This document shows positions 39,201 to 51,200 of a stretch of DNA of 64,000 bases, in pieces. Made by a program: the position numbers and the translations under genes. The stretch comes from Antedon mediterranea (taxonomy: Eukaryota > Animalia > Echinodermata). The notes beneath the pieces were generated by a model. That model was not told where the DNA came from. It did not search any database and was given only the letters and a program-made list of their open reading frames with translations. Every line of letters begins with the position of its first letter. Position 1 is the first letter of the stretch. The stretch lies in assembly GCF_964355755.1 (NCBI RefSeq), contig NC_092674.1:18910001-18974000 (forward strand), read 5' to 3'.

Positions 39201-42200
39201 GTGGCCCCAAATTGTAAGCACATGTTGATCACAGATGTACATAAAGCACAGCAAACAGACACAGTTAAGGAGCTTTTGGCCGCCAAACACAATGTGTTGG
39301 TCAACGTACTCCCTGGTTGTAACAGCAGAGTACAGCCCCTCGATGTTGTATTCAACAAGCCATTTAAGAATGCGATAAAAGAGGAGTTTTTATAACAAAG
39401 TGGGTTGGCAATGCCTGGTCCATGATGAACAGAAATCCATCGCTGCAAATTCGGTCGTTCAGAAAGTGTGGGATAAATGTAGCCCTTGATGGTTCTGAAA
39501 ACAAAGAAGTAAACGCGAAGGGTTGGTTGGATATGAGATGCCATCATCGACAGACGACACTCTTGAAAAGTCCATTGTGGATGATGACGACGATGATAAC
39601 GAAATGATTTTATTTGACGTTGAATCATAGGACTGTTTTTTTTGCTTTTATATTTGTTTTTTAATTGGTATATTAAACATAATTTCATGGTTGAAAAAAT
39701 GTCTCAAAAGTCTTATTATTGTAGTAAAAATTCACAAAATTTACAGCATTCATTTCGAAAAGAAGCTCCCCTCTACAGTTTGCCAAAGTACTCTCGAAAA
39801 GAAGCCCATCTCGAAAAAAGAAGCCCATCCAAGAGAACTAGGTGGTTTTACGGTATGCTTTTGGGAAAAACGTGATATTTACTGTATTTGCCAATGTAAG
39901 GTAATTCCTACATTTCAAGCAAAACTAATTAACTTGATTTGTATTTAATTACTTATATCGGTTACATACATTTAGTAATATCCAGAAACTACCATTCCCA
40001 CACAGTTTTTTTCATTATTACAAAACAACGCAACTAAGAATAAGCTTTATATTTTTGATACTACGTCAACAGATTCATTCATATGGAAAGTTGGAATTAT
40101 TTAATTTTCCGCTTTGCCAAATTGGAAAATTTTAATTCATAACGATTTCCTTTTGGCAAATTGGAAGATATTGTGTTTATTACATTTGCACACTGCCGGT
40201 TGTAAAGGAGAAGATAATACGTGTCATGATGGCACAGGTGTGCATGTCATGACATATGAAATAATCACCCATCTGATTATAGAATACATGCCACTCACAA
40301 TGTATTTATAAATTATAGTAAAATTAATAATATCAATTATTATTATTAATATTAAGAAATGTGATTATGTGAATGTGGTTTAATGAAATCTCTATGGTGT
40401 TATAACCAACCACAAATATAACAATTGTAGGTTCCAAGCAAAATGGGTACAATTGTTCAGCCTACATTTTCTAACAGTTTTTAGTCAATTTTTAAATTAC
40501 ATGACCAAAACAACCTTGTCAGCTGAAATAATATATCTCCCATATTATGTATGTATCATCTACAGTAATTACTGCCAAACAAAATATCCTAAAAAAACAT
40601 ATTCTATGAATAATAGAGATGGTGACAAAATAAATGGCTAAATTCAACCAAAAATCCATTAGCTGGCAGCCAATTTTTGGTCAAAGTGTATAAATTATGA
40701 GACATTAAAATGGCATATTCAACAGAAAAATGTTTAAGAATTATTTTGTTCAGGGGGACAATACATCTTTAAGTCTGGATATCACATTTGGTATGCTGGG
40801 ATTTTTAATTCCTAATTGAAATTTAGAACACACTAAATCAATGATTTATTCTTTTAAGGTATACTAAATATAAATACAGAAGTGCATAATGGGTGAAAAG
40901 TAAACAAATATCATTCCTGTATATTATAAGTAATACTTCAAATAATTATATTAAATAGAATATTTGAATTATGTTTCCAAACAAGATATAAAATATATAT
41001 TATTCATATTTTAATTTAAAAAATCTATATATAAATTTATGTAAGGGCAAAATCCGGTAAATCGCGCGTTACTTCTAGAATGTTTACTCGATGGTATATA
41101 AAGTTGGTTCGTACATTCGGTACTGATTTTAACCACCTGATGAAACCCTGTTTACTAATTAAATTGAGTTAGATAATTAGTTATTGAAAATTAAATGATT
41201 CAATGATTTGCCCCAAATAGGGGTGTTTTCTTGTATCTGGACAACTACCCCCTGGACAATTACCCCCTGGACAATTACCACCCGGACAACTACCACCCAG
41301 ATAATGAACCCCCTAGGACAACTACCACCCGGACAACTACCACCCGGACAATTACCCACTAGGACAACTACCCTCTAGGACAACTACCCCCTTAGGACAA
41401 CTACCCTCTAGGAAAACTACCCCCTTAGGACAACTACCCTCTAGGACAACTACCCCCTTAGGACAACTCCCACCCCGACAACTACTCCCTAGGACAACTA
41501 CCCTCCTAGGACAACCCCTCTAGGACAACTACCCCCTTAGGACAACTACCCTCTAGGACAACTACCCCCTAGGACAACTCCCACCCCGACAACTACTCCC
41601 TAGGACAACTACCCTCTAGTCCAACTGCTATGCCCCTAGACAACAACACCCTCTGAACAACCACACCTATATCATGACACCTACACCTTAGGTTATAATT
41701 ACGATCTTGTAAAACTTACTGAACTTCAAAACATAGGGAGAGAGATTGATCTTAAATGAAAGCTTTTGAATATTTTAATATGCGTATCGTCAGCAGTTAT
41801 TTTACATTAAACGAGAATTGATCAAATTATTAAAACGTATTCTTGAAAAATAAAGGGGTGGCTTATTTTATTCTTGTGTGACATGAAGATGCCGTATATA
41901 AATCTAGGAACATACAGTTTACCTAGCTGCACCAGTCAATTAAACAGACGTCTTTCATTTAAGATCAATCTCTCTCCCTATGTTTTGAAGTTCAGTAAGT
42001 TTTACAAGATCGTAATTATAACCTAAGGTGTAGGTGTGGTTGTTCTAGAGGGGGAGTTGTGCTAGGGGCATAGCAGTTGGACTAGAGGGTAGTTGTAAGA
42101 TAGTGGGACTGGAGCAGTCCCTTAATATCGATAAAATTGACCAGATTTTGTTCTCTCTTTTCTTTTTCAAAACAAATGTTTTACCGTAAGAGCTTATGTT

Positions 42201-45200
42201 ATGCTGTTTAATGACATTATACGTTTATTACTACAAGTCCAGTAATAATGGAATATTGGTTTGGCTGTTACTACTTCATAGAAGAACTTTAATTGATTTG
42301 TTTTTTACATTTTCTCCCCACTCCTGAGAAAAAAGGACAATATACGTTTTTAGAACCTAAAAAATAATTATATCCATGATATTAATTAAAAAATTTCTTC
42401 TGGTTTCGACTCGTATAATGATATATGTAGTTCTTTGATAGTAAACCAATAAAACTTACTTACTTACGATCATATTTATTTTTGTATTTTGTATTTGTAT
42501 TAATATTTGTCCTCAGTGAGGAAATTCGGATTAGGCCCTCCAAAAAAAAAATAAATATCGCTACACTTATTACAAAATAGACTACCAATCTTCGATACAT
42601 ACTGTACGTCGATATTTTAATTTCACGTCAAATATTGTTAAATGTATAATGTGGTACAACGCCCTCGTAGTCCCCTCTTCACACACAATTTGATTTTACA
42701 ATACAAGGGGGTAATTTTAAGGGCCCGTCTAGGCATTATATAGTTATTTACAGTTACCGCAACCTTTGGTGGGTAGGAACCAACTTACACGTGGAAATAA
42801 CTAAGTACCGTATAAACTGGCTCTAAGATACTAAACAAATTAGGATAGGCCTACAGTAGCCTACGAAGGATCACATGCCATAACGCAGAACAACTTTGGT
42901 GGGTAGGAACCAACTTAAGTATAAATTGGCTCTAAGAAACAATTGAAAACCATAAGGCAAGGCCTACTAATTAAGTTAAGTTAGATAATTATCCATTTAC
43001 AATTAAAGAAAATTTACGATTTGTCCCAATAGAGATGTTATTTGTAAAACATTAAACAATTAATATTTCGTTTGAAGGTTTGCATGGCGAAATCAAATGT
43101 TGATATAAGTTTGCGGTACACCACGTATGTTAGTTCTGAAAAGAACTGTTGAGTTTCTCAACGTTTCGATCAATATGCTTTGATCGTCCTCAGGAGTGAG
43201 AATGTAGAAAGTCCAGGAAACTTGGAATATAAGTGGAAAAGGGGGGGATTGGTGTGAAAGTTAGAAACAATGGCAAGTTCCCACAAAGGGAGGGATTGAA
43301 ACTAGCTGTAGAAGAGCATTGTTTCTCATGAACAATAGTGAATGGAAACTAGCTATAGGAGAGCCTTGTTTCTGATAGGTGTGAAAAGCAAGGTGTGACA
43401 AGCTAAAAACAATAGCTCTTGATGAACAGTGTTGTGTTTGTAGATTTCAATAGCTTCCCTGGTTCGTCTGGAATGCCAAAAAGGAATGGTAGAAATTAGT
43501 TCAACAACTCGATGTTGTTGTTTGTGAGAATGCATAACTATTGATGATTTGTCTTGCTCTCCTCTTCTGACATGGCCTTGAAGTTCTTTGAGCCTGGTTT
43601 GAAGGTCACGTCCAGTTTCCCCAAAGTATACCTTCGCACATTCACATGGGATACAGTATACACCAGGTTGGCTGTGTTTAGATGGTTTGTCCTTGTACAT
43701 TTGAAGACACTGTGACAGCTTGTTGACTGCACTATGAAATACTTTTATGTCGGCATTTTGTAGTACTCTCTGGATACGATGATAAAAGCTGTCCCAAATA
43801 TGGTAAAGATACAGACTTTCTGAATTCTACAGGATCACTGTTGTTGGTTAATGATAACTTAAAGTGTTTCCTGTTGTAACAATTGAGTTCCAATGCATTG
43901 TTGACATGTTGTATTTCTTGTCGAAGACACTTCTTGTCGCTGATAGTGTGTGCTCTGTTGATGAGAGTTTTACAAACCGATTTCTTTGTTGACGGGTGGT
44001 GGAAAGATCGCTTGTGTAAATATCTGTCCGTGTGAGTAGGTTTGCGATAAACTTTGTGGACAGAGTGCCCTCTGCTTCCTTTGTGACAAATACGTCAAGA
44101 AATGGTAAACTTTGGTCGTTTTCCTCTTTCATGATGAACGTAATATTTTGATGTTGAGAGTTAAGGTGTATTAGAAAACTATCTAAGTCCACCTTGTTGT
44201 GCTGCCAGATGATAAACCTGTCATCTACATATCGAAGCTAAAGTTTTGGTCACTTGTTGGCGGAGTAGAATGCTAGTTGTTTGAACTCCTCCAGATGGAT
44301 GTTGGCAATGACTGGGGATAAAGGAGATCCCATGGCCATGCCTTCAGTTTGTTCAAAGTATTGATCACGCCACTTGAAGTTGGTATATGTTAGACATAGT
44401 AGAAGTAACTCATGGATTTCTTCTGCAGAAAGTGCGGCCCTCTGTTGGAGTTTAGGGTCAGCCTGCAGTCGATGTTTGACTATTATAGTGCAGGCTTCTC
44501 TGACTGGAACATTGGTAAATAAAGACTTAATTTCATTTCATTTTATTGCATATCAAAATCGCAGCCAATGGCTGAATTACATGATACTTACAAATATAAC
44601 AAGAATATTTCTTACAAAAAACGCTGCTCGCTTATTGTTATTGCTAAGGTCAAGTCTGGGGGTCACTTCATCACGCCTAGATACTTCAAGTATCCTATTA
44701 CAAACAAAAACTTCAATGGACTGTTTTGATATAATAATTCAATGATTATCTGACAGCGAATTATATCATGGGACTCATAAATACCAGAATGCTTTGGGAT
44801 TTGTCGTTAGACTCTTTTCTCAGCCGTTTTTGGATTCAACAGGTGGTACCAATAAATTATAGTGGAGTTTCCATTTTAACAAAAATGTCAAAGTGTAGTA
44901 CTATAAAGCTGCTTGATTTCATCTAATGAATGAGTCATCTCGTGTGACGTAGCGGGCTAGAGCAGCAGCGTGAAAACATTTAAAACAGGCATAAAACAGT
45001 ATATAAAGAAGTAAGTATATAATTTATTTACAAGATTATGAAATTTGATAAAATTAGAAAATGTGGAAATTATGGAGTTATTAAGTGATTTACAGTAATA
45101 TTATATTTATTTGTACATATTCACATATTATGTTAAATTTATTTATACATCATTCGTTACTGAATGGATAAAGAATATATTTAAAAATTGTTCCTCTTTG

Positions 45201-48200
45201 AACCAATTTTTTTTCCCATCCCTCAACCTTAATGTTACATACAAAACATGGGTTTTGTTAAATTTTACTCAAACATTTTGTGACTTTCTTTTTCGGAAGT
45301 AATTCCCAGGATGCTAATTTTAGTTGACTACATAAATCACAGTGTCTATTTATTGTTCCTGGAAACGGCTTGTTCTGCGGTATGTACATTTGAAATGAGC
45401 AGTTTTTTTACGCTGAAATTGTACTATTTATTTGAGAACCATCTGTGGGCACGACCTAGATGGTACACAAGGTTTTGTTAACATTTTGTTACACATCAAC
45501 ATTTTAAACTTATAATATATCAGTTAAATTTAATTCAAATTCTTTGATGAATTGCTTTCTATTAAAAACAATATTATTTGATCAATCAAGACATGGCCAA
45601 AGCCCATGGAGCCAACATAGTCCAACGTGCTCATCTCTGTCAACTTTTTTTAATGCGCACTGTAACATTGGTATACAAATTTATTTGTAATACTTTCTAT
45701 TATTTGTTTACTAGTATCGAACAATGTCAGTTAAGCCTTCAACATGTATACCTAGATGTCAGTTAAGCCTTCAACATGTATACCTAGATGTCAGTTAAGC
45801 CTTCAACATGTATACCTAGATGTCAGTTAAGCCTTCAACATGTATACCTAGATGTCAGTTAAGCCTTCAACATGTATACCTAGATGTCAGTTAAGCCTTC
45901 AACATGTATACCTAGATGTGCAATATTACTAGCAGTCTTCCAGTCACTGTTTCTTATTCTTAACATGCAATTTGGCGAATTGTGTATGAAAATGTTGAAT
46001 TACCCCAAATTTCACACCAATACATTAAAATTAAATTTGTAATCTCAAATTTTATTCCGTACATTAGATGCAAGGAATTTAGAATTATTACAAATAGATG
46101 TTCTAAGAGCAAAAAAAACATTCTTAGCTTTTTGACAATTTTACTCAATCATTATTCCATAAACCATTTGAGTTTTTGTATAATCATTTTTAAAATGTTT
46201 TTTTAACATGCCTCCTTTATTGAATAAGATTACTTTTGATTTATACTGTAGTAGCATAGAGGAAATTACAGGATCTACATATTTAATTAATATATATAAT
46301 ATATAATAATAATTATTTAAACATGATGACATCATCAAAATGAAACATGAAGATAGCAATATTCAAATGAATCCAAATTCATATCAACAATTAAACGTCC
46401 GTAAAAAGTTTTAATAATGATGATGGTTACTGTACTTTTCATTTTAAAGAGCTATAAAATATTCAAATGTACTGTGTAGGTGAAATTAAGTGACCCACAT
46501 TATTCAAATTTTGAGGCATGATGATATTCAATCCTGATCTAATGCCAGGCTTGTAACTCGCATTTCATTTTGATTAATAACAAGTTGAGCTGTGTTTTAT
46601 ACACTTTTGGGCAGTATTGATAATTACATACTGCAGTAGTATTAATAATTAAAGATTTTAATTAGATCTGGAAAACATGTTTATTTTACAGAATTTGATA
46701 TTCACTTTATTGCAGATGTAAGGTAATTTCCACATTTTAAGAAAAACTAATTAACTTGGTTTGTTACATACACAGTAGTACTATCCAGAAACTAAAATAC
46801 AATTTTTTCATTATTACAAAACAATACAAATCTGCTGACACACACTATGTCAACAGATATATTCATATGGAAAATTATGGAAGTTGCACTTATTCCACTT
46901 TCCTCTTTGAAATTTGTAACAATTTTTAAGCGACAGCAAGTAAGGATTGGAAGGGAAAATTGAAATAATGAAATAAAAAACTAAAAAATAGGTTTATTGT
47001 ATCGATATCATTTATCAATATTATTAAATCTATAAGTTCACTTCATAACAGCGTAGCATAATGTTCAGTTTTTTTCCCCTTGTGTCCCTCCAATCCCTGA
47101 TGGTTTTTAAAATTTTAAATTAGTAAAAAAATTGTGGATTTCATCATTCTCAGACTTGTTTACTTACTTGTTGCTTCTCTTAGGAACTGTACACTTTTTA
47201 AAAGACATGATCAGAGAAAACATGCCAACCCCTGCTGAAGTGTATAGGTGTAGTTGTAACATGCAAACCCCTGCTGAAGTGTATAGGTGTAGTTGTAACA
47301 TGCCAACCCCTGCTGAAGTGTATAGGTGTAGTTGTAACATGCCAACCCCTGCTGAAGTGTATAGGTGTAGTTGTAACATGCCAACCCCTGCTGAAGTGTA
47401 TAGGTGTAGTTGTAACATGCCAACCCCTGCTGAAGTGTATAGGTGTAGTTGTAACATGCAAACCCCTGCTGAAGTGTATAGGTGTAGTTGTAACATGCCA
47501 ACCCCTGCTGAAGTGTATAGGTGTAGTTGTAACATGCCAACCCCTGCTGAAGTGTATAGGTGTAGTTGTAACATGGCAACCCCTGCTGAAGTGTATAGGT
47601 GTAGTTGTAACATGGCAACCCCTGCTGAAGTGTATAGGTGTAGTTGTAACATGCCAACCCCAGCTGAAGTGTATAGGTGTAGTTGTAACATGCCAACCCC
47701 TGCTGAAGTGTATAGGTGTAGTTGTAACATGCCAACCCCTGCTGAAGTGTATACAGTAGGTGTAGTTGTAACATGCCAACCCCTGCTGAAGTGTATAGGT
47801 GTAGTTGTAACATGCCAACCCCTGCTGAAGTGTATAGGTGTAGTTGTAACATGCCAACCCCTGCTGAAGTGTATAGGTGTAGTTGTAACATGCCAACCCC
47901 TGCTGAAGTGTATAGGTGTAGTTGTAACATGCCAACCCCTGCTGAAGTGTATAGGTGTAGTTGTAACATGCCAACCCCTGCTGAAGTGTATAGGTGTAGT
48001 TGTAACATGCCAACCCCTGCTGAAGTGTATAGGTGTAGTTGTATTACAAGAGATATTTTCACTAGTTGGTTATGGTGTATCTATTTATTTGTCTAACATA
48101 ACCTGACATTGTCAAACATGGAATTCTGGAGATCCTATTAGCTCCTTTTTTCAAAAACTCTCTTCGCTCGCTCCCCCTCTAGGAAGTGTAGACGATGGTT

Positions 48201-51200
48201 CTCGGAATGATAAAAATGTTCTCCTTGTACGTTTTCTGTCGGTTACCATTATTGAAAATGCTTGACATTCGTAAACTAAACTACTCTGTTTCACAGTGTT
48301 TTAGATGATTAATAACATTTTAAAGTATAGTGTTTATTGTTTGGTAGGGCCCTTTGGGGAGGCAGAGTTCATTTGAGGGAGGTGCTTATTCGAGAGATAT
48401 ATGTTAATTTTTTTAGTTTTAATAATATGGTAACATTTATAATCAAATGAAATCCTCTAATAGATATGAAAAGTGGTAAAAAAGAATAACAAAAATTAAT
48501 GCTTGGTAAATTGTAGATAACAGTGCGATGAATTCTACTACAAATAGTATAATGATTATTATTCAAAGTAATGTTTTATTGGAGAAGCGTTTATTCAAAT
48601 AAATACCATCCTAATAATTATTAATACATTACTTAATTTAAACATCTTTTGAAACTAACTGGCGTGACAAGAGTGGGCCCAAGAAAGAAGACATTACGGC
48701 TTGCAACATGGGCAGACATCCCGGTCCTAACGGGACAAAGATAGCCTACAGTTATTCGTGGTTTTCTTCTCTTGACTAATTCCTCTTAGTTTTTAATGCA
48801 TTCTTTTATTCCGATAATTATGGGTTTGAATTATAATTTCTCAAGAACTAATGTATCCGCTTTCAAGCGTAAAAGAGGGCGCCGTGCTGGTCGGAATATG
48901 CGGAAGCAAATACTTGTTCAGATCGGAAGAAGAGTAGATAATATTAATGGTGAGAGAGGGCCTAGCATTCTTGTTCCAATTTTGTGTTAACATAAACTTA
49001 GTAGGTCTAACATTTACCCTAGTGTTTTTCTGTGTAATGCGCGCTCGTTATGTAATAAGATGAATGAATTTGAGTTAGTTTTAGCAAACAGTAACATTGA
49101 TATTGCTGGTATAACAGAATCGTGGTTTCATTCTGATTTTTCTTCTGAGTGTTCGGCAGTTCAGGGTTTCTCATGCATTTGGAATGATAGAAGTAATCGC
49201 GTTGGCGGTGGTGTTGTTCTATATATTAATGAAGTATATGATTACGAAGTTGATGATGCATGTCCTATTGATCTTGAATGCCTATGCGTTGATGTTAAAA
49301 TGAACATAGGCCTATATCCATCACGCCTGTTTTTGGTAGAATTTTTGAGAGCTTCCTTTCTGATTGGATAGCTACTGATTTCAGACCTCTTATGGATTCC
49401 CAACAGTTTGGAAATGCGAAGGGTTCATCACCGACTCATTACCTTGTTCAACTCTGTAATAGGCTTCTGTCAGGATTAGATAGCTCAGGTATGTATGGTA
49501 CTATTTGTGCCATAGACTTTAGTAAAGCCTTTGACCAGGTCAACCATTCAATTCTGATTAACAAATTAATTGGTTTTAATATCATGCCCTCTCTCATTCC
49601 AACGGTGTGTAGCTTCCTCTCGCAAAGAAATCAGTGTGTGCGGTTGGGCGGTTCAGTCTCAATTTGATCTTTATTAATTTGCAGTAATATTTTTATTTTT
49701 TAACTACTGTACCTTCACACACGCGCGGTCCGTTCCTAAAATAAACAAAAAACTGAAATGGCTATGCAACTTAAGCTCCAGTCCTACTATTGGTTTTTTT
49801 CTTCCTTCTTCCAAAGGGACACTGTATTGACCAAAGATACTATAGCGCCACGAAGTGGCGCAAGATAGGGAACTCCTATCTCTTATACACTGCGCATGAG
49901 TGAAATTCCATGGGCAGCCATTCCGGCAAGCAAGTTACGCGATCACATACCCCGGAAGTGTATAATAAACCATTGAACCACATCCACGTGTGACGTGTTA
50001 TTGTTTGTTCGGGAAGTTTTCTCGTGTTGTATTGGGTAAATTGTAGTGGTAAGTTTTTAGAATATATATTTTTTTGTTAGTAAACATTAACAAAATTATT
50101 AAATTGTTGTTTAAATTTAGTTCAGGCAGGCGTTTCTGCGCAATCCGATCTAGGCCTAGGGCCTAGATAGTAGTATGCCTAGTAGGCATATTTAATGCCG
50201 AATACTAGGCCTAGGCCTAGTTTAGTTAGTATGATGATTAATAAAAAAAAGTATGGGAGGATGAATGATATTGATTGGCGTCTTGATAGATGGATCAAAC
50301 AAGGCTTGGATGGATGGAAGATTAAGAAAAAAACTGAAGCTGTTCGGGAATTAGGAGTTTTTAATAAAAATGTACAAGACAATATAGCGTTTTATTAATA
50401 ATAACATTAACAGAAATAATTAAATGTAATGAAATAAAAAATCGTGAGGATGTTATTGTTTGTTTTTTTTTTATTTAATAAATTTAAATTATAAATTTGA
50501 TCCTCATATTTATTTTGTTCTTCATCTTTATTTGAAAAATATTTAGTTAATTAATGTAAACATTTTTGAATACTTACAATATTAATAAATAGTAGGCTAT
50601 TGACTTTTGTTTTGAATTTAAAAATGTATAGTATTTTAAAATACTATAATATTGTAATCAAATGATTATGTAACAGTTCGAAAAGTGACCAAATAATTTA
50701 ATGATATATTTTTCCCTATTTCAGAAAGATGTCTGTCATCATACTGTAAAATTGAGAAGATAGATGATTGAGTGCAAAGTGGTATTTTACACAAGAATTA
50801 AATACAAAGGCCAATAGTAATAATAGTTTATATTTTTGATTCTTGAAAAGGAGCAGTATCCTATGGGATTACAAATAAAATCACTATTTTCACACACCTC
50901 ATACTTTAAAGTGAAAGGAAATAACCAGAATTCAGTTATTATCAGTACTGTTGTTTAGGCCTATTGGCTTCTTTTTAATACAAGAAATCAAAATAATAGA
51001 ATTTTCCTTGTATTTAAGAAGGCTAAAACCATACATTCGTAATTTATTTATTGAGTGTATTTAATTATTCCACCATTATTTATTAATATTGTATAAAGCG
51101 AGATTTTTCAGTATTTTTATTGCATTTTAATCCTGTCTGTAATATTGAAAGTTGAGCTAATAAAAGTGGGTTGAAAAGAACAAATTATGATTATGAATTT

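Larger units (their letters stand above)
37343..39853. mobile_element. pogo-family DNA transposon (2.5 kb) with two divergent genes
   Basis: CCGTAAA...TTTACGG ends with TA on both flanks; CTCGAAAAGAAGCCC subterminal repeats at both ends. Confidence 0.88.
41024..45466 (+). mobile_element. Helitron-like element (family A), expanded by nested insertions
   Basis: A|TCTATATATAAA 5' end; 41024..41230 and ~45285..45466 match the two ends of the 52328..53347 element. Confidence 0.6.

Noticed and set aside
47132-48106. 324-aa Cys-rich repeat protein (MPTPAEVYRCSCN)n
   Set aside because: 39-bp minisatellite open in several frames on both strands and frameshifted by a 5-bp insertion.
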